Origin: an uncultured delta proteobacterium
GTDB taxonomy: Bacteria > Desulfobacterota > Desulfuromonadia > Geobacterales > Pseudopelobacteraceae
DNA length: 64,000 nt
Reading direction: 5' to 3'
Assembly: GCA_963772835.1 (NCBI GenBank)
Contig: CAVYYZ010000001.1
Span: 96,001-160,000, forward strand
Made by a program: the position numbers and the translations under genes. The first letter of the stretch is position 1. Each line of letters begins with the position of its first letter. The notes under the pieces were generated by a model. That model saw only the letters and a list, made by a program, of their open reading frames with translations. It was not told the DNA's origin and searched no databases. Shown here one piece after another: positions 1 to 12,572 of the stretch.

Positions 1-567
1 TTGAATTGAAATATCAAGTGATGACACCGGTTCGTCAGCGATCAGTATTTCCGGAGATGCTGCCAGAGCACGCGCGATGCCAACACGCTGACGCTGTCCT
101 CCAGAAAATTCGTCAGGAAAACGGTTGGCTGCCTCTCTTGGCAATCCGACCGCGGTCATTATGCGGGCAAGCTCCGACTGCTGTTGTTCAGCAGGCAAGC
201 CGGCAATTTTGAGAGGCTCCGATATGCTGTCGCCTATCCGCATGCGCGGATTCAGTGATGAAAACGGGTCCTGAAAGATCATCTGTGTTCTATGCCGGAA
301 TGATGTCCGATCGTTCTTCCCAAGTTGCTTCAGTTGAATGCCCTTGTAAAGAACGTTTCCTGAGTCCGGCATAAGAAGGCCGGCCATGATTTTTGCCAGG
401 GTCGACTTGCCGCATCCGGACTCACCGGCAATTCCGAGCGTCTCTCCGGTTGCCAGATGAAGGGATACAAGGTCAAGGGCTGTCAATAAACCTGCGGAAC
501 GATTCTGCGAAGAAACTTTGAACGTTTTACGCAGATCGACTGCGCTGAGAAGATGGGTCTCGTTCAT
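1..567 (-). CDS. Oligopeptide/dipeptide ABC transporter ATP-binding subunit (OppF/DppF-like), partial, runs off the window start
   Basis: Manual translation from ATG 567 gives [12 protein letters not shown]...GESGCGKST (Walker A)...QMIFQDPFSSLNPRM...EFSGGQRQRVGIARALA...ILIADEPVSSLD. The start overlaps the upstream ATPase stop (ATGA). Confidence 0.9.
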   Translation of the reverse strand, partial: MNETHLLSAVDLRKTFKVSSQNRSAGLLTALDLVSLHLATGETLGIAGESGCGKSTLAKIMAGLLMPDSGNVLYKGIQLKQLGKNDRTSFRHRTQMIFQDPFSSLNPRMRIGDSISEPLKIAGLPAEQQQSELARIMTAVGLPREAANRFPDEFSGGQRQRVGIARALAASPEILIADEPVSSLDISIQ

Positions 568-1526
568 GAGCATTTCCAGCAACGAAGCATATGTAAATCC
601 GCAACTTCTCGAAGCTCCTGTACTTCAGCCCGGCATCTGTCCTCCGCAAGTGGACAGCGCTCTGCAAAGCAGCAACCGCCTGCAGAAGCGGTTAGAATGT
701 CAAATTGACCGGCCACGGTTGGGAGTGGCCTGCCGGGTTCAGCAAATTGCGGAAGAGAAGCAAGAAGTGCCTGCGTATAGGGATGACGGGGAGATGTCAG
801 GAGTGTGCCGGTAGGGGCCGACTCTACTACCTGGCCTGCATACATGACTGCGGTATAGTCGGCTCGTTCGGCAACTATTCCCAGATCGTGGGTAATGAGC
901 AGGATTGACAGTCCGCTTGCTTTTCTTTGAGTATCAAGAAGTTCAAGTATCTGTGCCTGGATAGTAACATCCAACGCAGTTGTGGGTTCATCCGCTATAA
1001 GCAATGAGGGGTTACACGCCAGAGCCATGGCAATCATAACCCGCTGACGCATGCCGCCGCTCAATTGATGCGGGAAATTGCTCATTCTGTCGCCTGCTGA
1101 AGGAATGCCGACGTTTGTCAACAACTCGATTCCACGCTCCCAGGCATCACGCCGGGACAGATCTAAATGCAGCATCAGCGGCTCGCAGAGTTGGTCTGCA
1201 ATTTTCAATACCGGATTCAGCGAGGTCATCGGTTCTTGAAAAACCATTGAAATTCTTCGCCCTCGGATGCTTCTTAAAGCCTCTTCCGGGAGCGTCAACA
1301 GATTTTGTTTCTCAAAAATAATTATGCCGGATCTGATATATCCGGGTGGAGGAACAAGCCGCATAATCGAGAGGGCGGTCATCGTCTTTCCCGATCCTGA
1401 TTCCCCAACTATTGCGAGTACCGATCCTGATGAAAGTGAAAGCGATATTCCCCGCACGGCATCAACGACATCTGTTGTCGTGCGAAAAGAGACTTGAAGG
1501 TTCTGAATTGAGAGCAGTTCTGTCAC
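564..1526 (-). CDS. Oligopeptide/dipeptide ABC transporter ATP-binding subunit (OppD/DppD-like)
   Basis: [32 protein letters not shown], and a C-terminal HPYT...GC.FA.RC oligopeptide domain. Confidence 0.93.
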   Translation of the reverse strand: MTELLSIQNLQVSFRTTTDVVDAVRGISLSLSSGSVLAIVGESGSGKTMTALSIMRLVPPPGYIRSGIIIFEKQNLLTLPEEALRSIRGRRISMVFQEPMTSLNPVLKIADQLCEPLMLHLDLSRRDAWERGIELLTNVGIPSAGDRMSNFPHQLSGGMRQRVMIAMALACNPSLLIADEPTTALDVTIQAQILELLDTQRKASGLSILLITHDLGIVAERADYTAVMYAGQVVESAPTGTLLTSPRHPYTQALLASLPQFAEPGRPLPTVAGQFDILTASAGGCCFAERCPLAEDRCRAEVQELREVADLHMLRCWKCS

Positions 1527-1556
1527 GGGAAACCCGGGAGTTTAAAGGAAAGCGTG

Positions 1557-3647
1557 TCAGACACGACAGGCAGATGGAGTTACATTCGGTGACTTGTCAA
1601 AGCGTGAGCCGAAAAATACACCTTCTTCAAGAATGCCGGTAAATATTTCTACAATGGCCGGATCAAACTGGGTCCCGGAGTTTTCAGATAGCTCGGCGAT
1701 GGCAGCATCCAATGTAAGTGCTTTGCGATAGGGACGATCTGACGTCATGGCATCAAACGCATCAGATACGCAGATAATTCGAGCTTCAATGAGCTGATCA
1801 ACGTGATTGATGCGGTTAGGATATCCTCTGCCGTCATAGCGCTCATGGTGCTGACCGATACATGTGCGGACATCCTTTAAAAACTCAATCGGTTCAAGAA
1901 TCCTCATACCTATGACAGGGTGTAGTTGCAGTTCAGTAACATCATGCGATGACAATTTACCCTCTTTGTGCAGCAGGCTCAGATCAATACCGATTTTTCC
2001 GATGTCATGCAATATTGCCGCCCGTTCAAGGATTTGCAGTCTGTCGGTGGAAAGATTTAAACGGTTACCTATTTCCACACTATATCGAGTGACCCGCTCG
2101 GAATGCCCCCTAGTGTAGCTGTCACTGGCTTCGATAGCCGTCACGAGAGCCTGAATCGTGTTCAGGTAGGTCTGCTGCTGCTCATCGTAGAGTGTTGCGT
2201 TTTTAATGGCAATCGCGGCTTGTGCCGCAATCGTAGTAAGCATTTCTAATTCATATAAATAAAACTGTGAATTATCGGACTTGTTGACGACACTGATGGT
2301 GCCGATAATCTCATCCTTGATCATGAGCGGCACGCATATTAAGGTTTTGCGTTCGTAGCCCAATTCACTGAAACGGGCAAATTGGGGCGTCTCATTGATG
2401 TCGGTTATCAGAAGCGGTTTACAGTTGTTGATGACCCAGGCTGAAGTGCTGGTTTCCTTTATTTTAATTGACTGATTCGGAGCGCTCAGTTTCCCGTTAC
2501 TAATAAGATTGGTTACATTAAGCGTCTGCTGCTCCTTATCGTAAAGAATTATATAGCCGATTTGAGCATCCAATGTGCTTGTTGTGCTGCGTACGATCAA
2601 ATTGAAGAGTCTGTCTATATCCATTGTTGAATTGATTGCCAGACCTATTTTGTAGATGGTTGAAAGTCTGTCAATTGCATGTTCAAGATTCGAATTCTTT
2701 TGTTCAAGTTCTGCCGCGAGATCGGCGATAGTGAAACTTGCCTTCTCAATCTCTTCGATTCTCTCTTCGAGTGAAACATTCAGATTTTCAATTTCTCTCA
2801 GATGTTCTTCAAGTTTCTGGTTCATTAGCTGTGTGTCGTGATGATGAACTAGTTTTTCTTCCGCCCGGGTCAGTTCCCGTTCATTGATGACGGTGGTGTG
2901 CATCAGATCCTTCAGCTTGGCAGTCATTGAGTTGAAGTGAAGTGAAAGAAGGCTCATTTCATTTGAACTTTGAATAGGGCTGTTACCCTCAAAGTTACCG
3001 AGTTCGATCTGCCGCATGGCAGCTATCAAGGACCGGACTGGTCGGTCGACATAAAGTGTCAAAAAGGCGAAGATTGCACCGACAATAAGAATGATCATCA
3101 CTGCGGCAGAGATGACGGAGTTAACTCTTTCACGGTGCAGGTAGCTGGCTAAATCAACGAGTGATATCTCGGTTTCTATAATGGCAATGACTTGTTTTCT
3201 TGAATCATGGCATCCATGACAGTCAGGAGTATTGAGAATCCGGGTGTATGAGTCGAGGTTGTTTTGTTTATTGGTGAAATAAAAATGATTCTGTTTCGAG
3301 TTTAAGATTCTTCCCCGTTCCTCTTCTGTAAGCTCTTTGCCGATATCATCTTTGTCAGCCGAATGGATGACCGTTCCTACTGAGTCTATGATTCGCAGCT
3401 CTTTGATGTCGTCATGAACTTTTGCATCGTGCAGAATCTTGTTTATTGCGGTAGTGTGTCCGGCCTTCATGGAGCTTTGAATGTTTGCAACGATGCTTTC
3501 GATTAACACCATGGAGCTTTTTTCAACAAGATCTTCAATCACGGATTTCTGGTTGCGGTAATGCTGCCACGAGGCATAAGAAATTACCGCGATGACGATG
3601 ATCGACACCATGCCTACTATTTTAATTTTGAGAGAATTAAAAATCAC
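1557..3647 (-). CDS. Membrane-bound HD-GYP cyclic-dinucleotide phosphodiesterase with periplasmic CxxCH sensor, HAMP, coiled coil and GAF domains
   Basis: Two TM segments flank a domain containing CHGCH. HAMP-like segment, GAF (LICVPL...IIGTISVVNK), and HD-GYP motifs YTRGHSERV, LHDIGK, HHERYDGRGYP, DAFDAMTSDRPYR. Confidence 0.9.
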   Translation of the reverse strand: MIFNSLKIKIVGMVSIIVIAVISYASWQHYRNQKSVIEDLVEKSSMVLIESIVANIQSSMKAGHTTAINKILHDAKVHDDIKELRIIDSVGTVIHSADKDDIGKELTEEERGRILNSKQNHFYFTNKQNNLDSYTRILNTPDCHGCHDSRKQVIAIIETEISLVDLASYLHRERVNSVISAAVMIILIVGAIFAFLTLYVDRPVRSLIAAMRQIELGNFEGNSPIQSSNEMSLLSLHFNSMTAKLKDLMHTTVINERELTRAEEKLVHHHDTQLMNQKLEEHLREIENLNVSLEERIEEIEKASFTIADLAAELEQKNSNLEHAIDRLSTIYKIGLAINSTMDIDRLFNLIVRSTTSTLDAQIGYIILYDKEQQTLNVTNLISNGKLSAPNQSIKIKETSTSAWVINNCKPLLITDINETPQFARFSELGYERKTLICVPLMIKDEIIGTISVVNKSDNSQFYLYELEMLTTIAAQAAIAIKNATLYDEQQQTYLNTIQALVTAIEASDSYTRGHSERVTRYSVEIGNRLNLSTDRLQILERAAILHDIGKIGIDLSLLHKEGKLSSHDVTELQLHPVIGMRILEPIEFLKDVRTCIGQHHERYDGRGYPNRINHVDQLIEARIICVSDAFDAMTSDRPYRKALTLDAAIAELSENSGTQFDPAIVEIFTGILEEGVFFGSRFDKSPNVTPSACRV

Positions 3648-3895
3648 GCGAATTCTTCCTGATTATAATGGTTTGTGCCTTTTGCCGCATACCAACAGCG
3701 ATTTAGCGAAAATACTGTATTACGAGATACTTATCTATTGTTTTCTTTGTTCGGCGTACCCAAAAGAATAAACAGAAGCAGCAACGGACAGTTAAGCCCT
3801 TTCATGCCGGTATGCTTTCGGATAATGCCTCAAATCAATGCCATAATATTAGTAATTCTTATTGGTTATTGATCAGATGAGTCTGGACATACAGT

Positions 3896-5143
3896 ATGCA
3901 TGCCAAGTCGATCAGCGGATCCCGGCTTGCAAAAGTATTAAAAAACAGTCAATCAAAAAAATTGACACGATACGGCATTATGTGTTTTTATCTTCAGGTT
4001 TTGCAGCCAATTTATCGTACGTGCATAATTATCCTCCTGACGCTGACAACGACTGTTTTATTGTGGTCATGGATGGGCAGGATACATGCGGCCGTTCTGG
4101 ATGAAACTATCCGGGTTGCTATTATTAAGTCAGCTTCCGAGGTGACGGTGACTGGTGACGGACTCCTCGTGACGAATGAGTCCGGAGATGCGCTTGTCGT
4201 GTCGTTTCCCGTCACTGTAAAGCCTGTGAATGATGGTCTGCTCGTAGAGGGGAAACTATTCCGGCGGTTGTTATTTTCTGCTTCCTCGGCTGTGTATGTG
4301 AATAATAAGCCGTACCGGGGTCTTGCAGAACTGTCCGTTGCGGACAACGGGATTCTGGTGATCAACCAGTTGCCGCTTGAGGAATATCTTGTAGGGTTGA
4401 TTAACTGTGAAATATCCTCTGCATGGCCGATTGAGGCAGTGAAAGCCCAGGCAATTATCGCCAGGACATACGCTTTGAACAGGAAAATGGCCCGTATGGC
4501 CGCCCCGTATCACCTTGAATCTTCGGTTATTGATCAGGTGTATGAAGGGTGCCTTATTGAGGACAGTCGCGCTCGTCGCGCGGTTCTTGAAACGGCGGGG
4601 GAGGTGCTGACATTCGATGGCACTATTATTCAGGCCTTTTATCACTCGAGTTGCGGTGGGAAGACCGAAGCATCTGAAAATGTTTGGGGAACCTCGCTGC
4701 CGTATCTGAAAGGTGTTGATTGCCAATACTGCCTGACATCTCCTGCGTCCACAATCTGGGAATACAAGATATCTTTCAAAGAACTGGAAGAACGGTTGCG
4801 GGCGGCCGGGCATAAAATATCAGGACTGTATGAAATCCGATCTGGAGGCAACAATTCGCGTGGTCGATTGAAACAGGTTGCACTGATTGCATTAAAAGGA
4901 AGCACTTCGATCAGCGGCGAACAGTTTCGTAGAGCTGTCGGGTATGGTTTCATAAAAAGCACACGATTTACCATGAAAAATTCTAAATATGAAATCAGCT
5001 TTTCCGGAACCGGAAATGGACATGGAGTGGGGCTCTGTCAGTGGGGTGCCAAGCAGCGGGCTCTCGATGGATTCAGCAGCGGAGAAATTCTCTCATATTA
5101 CTACCCCGGCACTTCTTTGAAAAAGCTCTCTGATATCCGTTGA
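3896..5143 (+). CDS. SpoIID/LytB-domain peptidoglycan lytic transglycosylase-like protein (true start probably downstream, ~3980-4000)
   Basis: PLEEYLVGLINCE, EAVKAQAIIARTYA, FYHSSCGGKT, GHGVGLCQWGA, ILSYYYPGT. Confidence 0.88.
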   Translation: MHAKSISGSRLAKVLKNSQSKKLTRYGIMCFYLQVLQPIYRTCIIILLTLTTTVLLWSWMGRIHAAVLDETIRVAIIKSASEVTVTGDGLLVTNESGDALVVSFPVTVKPVNDGLLVEGKLFRRLLFSASSAVYVNNKPYRGLAELSVADNGILVINQLPLEEYLVGLINCEISSAWPIEAVKAQAIIARTYALNRKMARMAAPYHLESSVIDQVYEGCLIEDSRARRAVLETAGEVLTFDGTIIQAFYHSSCGGKTEASENVWGTSLPYLKGVDCQYCLTSPASTIWEYKISFKELEERLRAAGHKISGLYEIRSGGNNSRGRLKQVALIALKGSTSISGEQFRRAVGYGFIKSTRFTMKNSKYEISFSGTGNGHGVGLCQWGAKQRALDGFSSGEILSYYYPGTSLKKLSDIR

Positions 5144-5154
5144 ATGTGAATTGA

Positions 5155-7307
<2,153 letters not shown>

Positions 7308-7332
7308 TTCACTGAATAAAGGAGAATGACAC

Positions 7333-7659
7333 ATGTTAGGATTGGCTTTTGCGATGGGAAGTGCACCTGGAGGAGCAGCTGGTGGAACCGGTGGTGGAAT
7401 GGCGGCATTTCAGCAGATAATTCCGCTGGTTTTCATGTTTGCGATTTTTTATTTTCTACTCATCCGCCCGCAGCAAAAAAAGGCTAAAGAGCACAAAGCA
7501 TTGCTGGAAGCGATGAAAAAGGGTGATAATGTAGTTACAGCCGGTGGTGTTCACGGTAAAATTATCTCTGTAGAAAACGATCTTGTGACTCTCGAAATTG
7601 CACATAACGTAACTATTAAAATTATCAAGAGCTACATCGCCGCAATCAAGAAGGACTAG
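7333..7659 (+). CDS. yajC: Preprotein translocase subunit YajC
   Basis: FYFLLIRPQQKK, GDNVVTAGGVHG; lies between tgt and secD. Confidence 0.96.
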   Translation: MLGLAFAMGSAPGGAAGGTGGGMAAFQQIIPLVFMFAIFYFLLIRPQQKKAKEHKALLEAMKKGDNVVTAGGVHGKIISVENDLVTLEIAHNVTIKIIKSYIAAIKKD

Positions 7660-7688
7660 TTTAAAATCTGAAAAGGAGAACAAGCCTT

Positions 7689-9281
7689 ATGCCAAAAGGA
7701 ACTGGCTGGCGTACTAGCCTGATAGCAGTTTTTGTTGCATTGTCGTTTCTTTATCTGACTCCAACCCTGGCGGGTAAATTACCGTCATGGTGGGGGAACT
7801 TTTTGCCAAAGGACAAGATTCATCTCGGGCTTGACCTGCAGGGTGGGACCCATCTGGTGATGGAGGTCGACACGCAGAAAGCGGTTGAAGGGTCTCTTGA
7901 CCTTGTTGCCACGGATCTTGAGGACACTCTGAACAGCAAAAATCTTCGTTTCAAACGGATTTCCCGAAACGGATTTGATAAGGTGTCCCTGGTTCTGTAT
8001 GAAAAGGGGACTGCCGATGCCGTTCAAAAGCTGATCAAGGATAAATATCCTTCCTATGAACAGAGTCCGACTTTTGACGAAAGCGGTTTTGTTGCTCTGA
8101 CTCTGCGGGTAAGCGAGAAGGATGCACAGGATCGCAAAGACAAGGCTGTCCAGCAGGCCCTCGAAACGATCCGTAACAGGATTGATCAGTTTGGCGTTTC
8201 AGAGCCTACTATACAGCGTGAAGGCGTCGATCATATTGTTGTACAACTGCCCGGCATTAAGGATCCGCAACGGGCGATTGATCTGATCGGGCGTACCGCA
8301 CGACTGGATTTCAAAATGGTGCGAGAAGACATCTCTCCTACGTCCGGAACGATTCCCGATGACGCAGAAGTGCTGAAAGAAAAATCTGTTGATCCTAAAA
8401 CCGGTGCCGTTACTGAAATTCCGATCGTCGTCCAGAAAAAACCGATGATTACCGGTGATCTGCTGACGGACGCTCAGGTCAGAATTGATTCACAGTTCAA
8501 CCAGCCGTATGTCGCGATTGAATTCAATTCTCTGGGTGCCAGATTGTTTGATCAGGTAACAGCGGCAAATGTTGGAAAACGCTTTGCAATCGTGCTTGAT
8601 AATAATATTCACTCCGCTCCAGTCATTCGAGAGCGGATTTCCGGTGGCAGCGCCCAGATATCGGGCAGCTTTACCGAGAAAACGGCTGCTGACCTTGCGA
8701 TAGTACTTCGTGCCGGAGCATTGCCGGCACCTGTTAAAATCATTCAGAATGTTACCGTCGGCCCCTCCCTGGGACAGGACTCCATCAATAAAGGATTGTA
8801 TGCCGGCTTGATCGGAGTATTGATTGTCGTAGTTTTTATGGCGATTTACTACAAGCTGTCAGGAATTGTTGCCAACTTGGGAATGATTCTTAATATCGTT
8901 TATCTGATGGGGGCATTAGCCGCATTAGGTGCCACTCTCACGCTGCCCGGTATTGCCGCTATCGTATTGCTGGTTGGTATGTCCGTTGACTCGAACGTTA
9001 TTATTTTTGAGCGAATCCGTGAAGAACTCAAGTTGGGCAAATCCCCCAAAGCTGCTCTGGATGCCGGGTATGACAAGGCGTTCCTGACTATCATGGATTC
9101 CCATATAACCACCTTGATTACAGCAGCTGTTTTGTTCCAGTTCGGCACCGGCCCGGTAAAAGGTTTTGCAGTTTCTTTAAGCCTCGGGGTTATAATTAAT
9201 CTGTTTACCTCACTGATCGGGACCAAGGTGACCTTTGACCTGTTTCTGCACAAGGGCAGAGTTAAAAAAATGAGCATATAG
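7689..9281 (+). CDS. secD: Protein translocase subunit SecD
   Basis: LGLDLQGG, RNRIDQFGVSEP, LRAGALPAP, VGPSLG, VDSNVIIFERIREE. Confidence 0.97.
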   Translation: MPKGTGWRTSLIAVFVALSFLYLTPTLAGKLPSWWGNFLPKDKIHLGLDLQGGTHLVMEVDTQKAVEGSLDLVATDLEDTLNSKNLRFKRISRNGFDKVSLVLYEKGTADAVQKLIKDKYPSYEQSPTFDESGFVALTLRVSEKDAQDRKDKAVQQALETIRNRIDQFGVSEPTIQREGVDHIVVQLPGIKDPQRAIDLIGRTARLDFKMVREDISPTSGTIPDDAEVLKEKSVDPKTGAVTEIPIVVQKKPMITGDLLTDAQVRIDSQFNQPYVAIEFNSLGARLFDQVTAANVGKRFAIVLDNNIHSAPVIRERISGGSAQISGSFTEKTAADLAIVLRAGALPAPVKIIQNVTVGPSLGQDSINKGLYAGLIGVLIVVVFMAIYYKLSGIVANLGMILNIVYLMGALAALGATLTLPGIAAIVLLVGMSVDSNVIIFERIREELKLGKSPKAALDAGYDKAFLTIMDSHITTLITAAVLFQFGTGPVKGFAVSLSLGVIINLFTSLIGTKVTFDLFLHKGRVKKMSI

Positions 9282-9295
9282 GGGGAGCACCGTTC

Positions 9296-10207
9296 ATGGA
9301 AATTCTTGGCAAGACTAACATAGATTTTATCGGCAAGCGGAATATCTCGTTTGTCATTTCGTCGATCATTGCGATTATTGGAATTGTCGGCATCATCCAG
9401 ATTGGTCGAGGCGCTGCCAATATGGGGATCGATTTTTCCGGCGGAACGGCTATGCAGCTGAAATTCAGCAAGCCGTTCATGATTGCTGATGCCAGAGCTG
9501 CTCTGCATAAGCATGGTATTGACAAAGCAGATCTGCAGGAAATAAAAAGTGGTAACATGCTGTTAGTCAAGATGGCAGGAGCTGCTGTCGGAAAACAATC
9601 GGAAGTGGTTCAGACCGCTTTCAAAAAAGAGATTGCCGACAATCCTTTCTCTGTTGAAAGCACCACAGAAATTGGTCCTTCAATCGGTGACAAGCTGCGT
9701 AAAGATACTCTCATAGCAGTTGTTCTCTCATTAATGGGGATCATTCTTTATATCGCCTGGCGTTTCGATTTAAAATTCGGCATCGGTGCAACGATTGCCA
9801 CCATGCATGATGTACTCGCCATGGTTGCGGTATTTTTCCTTATGAACAAAGAGATCAACCTGCTCTTTATTACGGCTGTATTGACAATAGCTGGTTATTC
9901 ATTAACAGATACGGTGGTCATTTTTGACCGCATTCGGGAAAACCTTCACAAAAACCTCAAAGGTTCCATGCATACCATATTCAACAGCAGCATCAATGAG
10001 GTTCTTTCCCGTACCATTGTGACATCGATGACAACTTTTCTGGCTGCTGCGTCGCTGTTCTTATTCGGAGGTGAAGTTATACACGATTTCTCGTTTGCAT
10101 TATTGATTGGGATCGGTGTTGCTACCTATTCATCTGTATTTGTTGCTAGTCCGATCGTGGTGATCCTCGAAAATAGAGCCTTGGCTAAAAAGGCTAACAC
10201 CCCGTAA
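9296..10207 (+). CDS. secF: Protein translocase subunit SecF
   Basis: GIDFSGG, IGPSIG, GYSLTDTVVIFDRIREN, TYSSVFVASP. Confidence 0.97.
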   Translation: MEILGKTNIDFIGKRNISFVISSIIAIIGIVGIIQIGRGAANMGIDFSGGTAMQLKFSKPFMIADARAALHKHGIDKADLQEIKSGNMLLVKMAGAAVGKQSEVVQTAFKKEIADNPFSVESTTEIGPSIGDKLRKDTLIAVVLSLMGIILYIAWRFDLKFGIGATIATMHDVLAMVAVFFLMNKEINLLFITAVLTIAGYSLTDTVVIFDRIRENLHKNLKGSMHTIFNSSINEVLSRTIVTSMTTFLAAASLFLFGGEVIHDFSFALLIGIGVATYSSVFVASPIVVILENRALAKKANTP

Positions 10208-10239
10208 TCTAGTATTTATTCGATATGAAGAGGTGCAAA

Positions 10240-10812
10240 GTGAACAAAGAAACAACATTAATTGCAGTTGTTGCCCTTATCGTTGGATTGTTAGGGGGGT
10301 ATTTAATATTCAGCATCAGTAGTGCCGGCAAAGCCCAACAGCCGAATGCCGCCATCCAGGCCGGTGCCGGGTCACCTGCTGATTATTCACAGCGTATAGC
10401 CCAGGCAGAAAAAATTGTTGCTCAGGACCCAAATAATCTGAATGTCTGGATTTCCCTGGGTAATGATTATTTCGACACGGAGCAGACTCAGAAAGCGATT
10501 AGTGCGTATGGAAAAGCTCTGGAGTTAAACCCTAATAACCCCAATGTTCTGACTGACCAGGGGGTAATGTTCAGAAAGGTCGGATGGTACGACAAGGCAT
10601 TGGCTAATTTTGAAAAAGCCAACAAGCTTGACCCCAAGCATATTCAAAGTCTTTTCAATGCCGGTATCGTCTATGCCGTAGATTTGAAGGACCATGTAAA
10701 GGCCCGGCCATATTGGAAAAAGGTTCTTGAAATTGAACCGAATGGCGCGACCGCAATGCAGATCAGAAGTATGATGCAGGATGGCGGAGAAACTCCACCT
10801 GCCGGTAAATAA
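10240..10812 (+). CDS. Membrane-anchored TPR-repeat protein (CcmH/CycH C-terminal-like)
   Basis: N-terminal hydrophobic anchor and TPR-like repeats (WISLGNDYFD..AISAYGKALELNPNN; ALANFEKANKLDP). GTG at 10240 follows GAGG. Confidence 0.75.
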   Translation: MNKETTLIAVVALIVGLLGGYLIFSISSAGKAQQPNAAIQAGAGSPADYSQRIAQAEKIVAQDPNNLNVWISLGNDYFDTEQTQKAISAYGKALELNPNNPNVLTDQGVMFRKVGWYDKALANFEKANKLDPKHIQSLFNAGIVYAVDLKDHVKARPYWKKVLEIEPNGATAMQIRSMMQDGGETPPAGK

Positions 10813-10818
10813 AAAACG

Positions 10819-10847
10819 AACCCCCCGCTTGTCGGGGGTTTTTTTTT
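10819..10847 (+). terminator. Intrinsic terminator after the secDF-TPR operon
   Basis: aaccccccg-cttgt-cgggggtt followed by a T-run. Confidence 0.85.
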
Positions 10848-10865
10848 AAACGGGATGTAAACAGG

Positions 10866-12572
10866 ATGCAGAAAAAATGGGTTGTTAAGCCGGCTGATAA
10901 CGCTAAAATCGAGGATCTCTCCCGCTCACTTGGAATCTGCTCCATAACCGCACGAATTCTCGTTGCCAGAGGAGTAGATGGAGTAGAATCCGGAGTTCAG
11001 TTTCTTGCGCCCGCTCTTTCGGGTATGCCCGATCCGTTTTTGTTAAAAGGAATGCACGAAGCTGTTGAACGGGTAGTGCGGGCTTTGAAAACATCAGAAT
11101 CGGTTTGTATCTACGGCGATTATGATGTTGACGGTATTAGCGGTACGGCTCTTCTGGTCTCTTTCCTGCGCCACATTGGCATCGCCTGCAGTTATTTCAT
11201 ACCTAACCGGTTTGATGATGGTTATGGCCTTAACGAAGATGCTCTTCAACAGATTATCAGTTCCGGGTCTTCGTTGATCCTTTCTGTCGATTGCGGCATT
11301 ACTGCGATCAAGGAGTCCGCCTTTTGCCGGCAGGCGGGCGTTGATCTGATTATACTGGATCATCATACGCCAGGCGACATTCTTCCGAATGCGGCAGCAG
11401 TTGTAAACCCGCTGCAGCCGGGCTGTAGCTATCCTTTTAAAATGCTGGCAGGCGTTGGCGTCGCATTTAATCTGCTGGTTGCGCTGCGCAGTCGCTTACG
11501 TCATGACGGGTTATTTGCTGCCGGTAACGAACCGGATCTTCGGAATTGGCTTGATCTTGTCGCGCTCGGTACAATCGCGGATGTAGTGCCGCTTGTCGGG
11601 CAAAACCGCGTATATGCCTTTTGTGGTCTGCAAAAGCTTGAAGATAACAACAGACCGGGCATTGCCGCACTCAAAAAGGTCGCCGGAATCTCGGAGCCGA
11701 TTACCTGCAGTCAGGTTGGTTTCCGGTTGGCGCCGCGTCTTAATGCTGCCGGTCGCATGGAAAGCGCGGTGCCGGGAGTTGAATTGCTGCTCAGTGCGAG
11801 TATTGAAGAGTGCTCCTCCATTGCTGATGAACTGGATAGGGCGAATGCGGAACGCCAGGCTGTCGAGCGAGGAATTTTCGATCAGGCTGTTGCCATGATT
11901 GACGGTGGTAGTTACCCTGCCTGCAGGAGCATAGTTGTCGCTTCTCGCGACTGGCATCAGGGAGTTATCGGGATTGTTGCTTCACGTCTGGTTGAACGCT
12001 ATCATCGCCCGACAATACTGATTGCAATAGACGCACAGGGAAACGCGAAAGGGTCCGGGCGCAGTATCGCGGGTTTTCACCTTTTGGAGGCTTTGAATCT
12101 CTGCTCGGGGTATCTTGAGCGTTTTGGGGGACACCGTTATGCGGCTGGTATCGGTCTGGAAACAAAAAATATCGGAGATTTTGTTGCGGCTTTTGAAGCT
12201 GCCGCTCGACAGATTCTAGGAAATGCGGAACTTGTACCTTTGCTTGATATCGATGCTGAAGTTTATCCGGCTGAGATTGGTCTTGCGCTGTCACATGAGT
12301 TGCTGCGCATTGGCCCCTTCGGTGCGGGAAACCCGGAACCAACACTGATGATGCGCGGAGTCACAGTTGTTGACCGCCGGATTGTCGGTGATGGGCATCT
12401 CAAACTACGGGTACTATCTGACGGACGGATTTTTAATGCTATTGCATTCCGGCAGGCAGAGAGTCCCACTGATGGTTTGCTGGATATCGCCTTTTTTCCG
12501 GAGAGCAATAGATGGAACAACACAACAACAATGCAGCTGCGGATAAAAGAGATCCGGAAGGCGGAAGCATAA
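10866..12572 (+). CDS. recJ: Single-stranded-DNA-specific exonuclease RecJ
   Basis: YGDYDVDG, VDCG, DHH, GTIADVVPL, APRLNAAGR, KGSGRS, FGGH. Confidence 0.96.
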   Translation: MQKKWVVKPADNAKIEDLSRSLGICSITARILVARGVDGVESGVQFLAPALSGMPDPFLLKGMHEAVERVVRALKTSESVCIYGDYDVDGISGTALLVSFLRHIGIACSYFIPNRFDDGYGLNEDALQQIISSGSSLILSVDCGITAIKESAFCRQAGVDLIILDHHTPGDILPNAAAVVNPLQPGCSYPFKMLAGVGVAFNLLVALRSRLRHDGLFAAGNEPDLRNWLDLVALGTIADVVPLVGQNRVYAFCGLQKLEDNNRPGIAALKKVAGISEPITCSQVGFRLAPRLNAAGRMESAVPGVELLLSASIEECSSIADELDRANAERQAVERGIFDQAVAMIDGGSYPACRSIVVASRDWHQGVIGIVASRLVERYHRPTILIAIDAQGNAKGSGRSIAGFHLLEALNLCSGYLERFGGHRYAAGIGLETKNIGDFVAAFEAAARQILGNAELVPLLDIDAEVYPAEIGLALSHELLRIGPFGAGNPEPTLMMRGVTVVDRRIVGDGHLKLRVLSDGRIFNAIAFRQAESPTDGLLDIAFFPESNRWNNTTTMQLRIKEIRKAEA

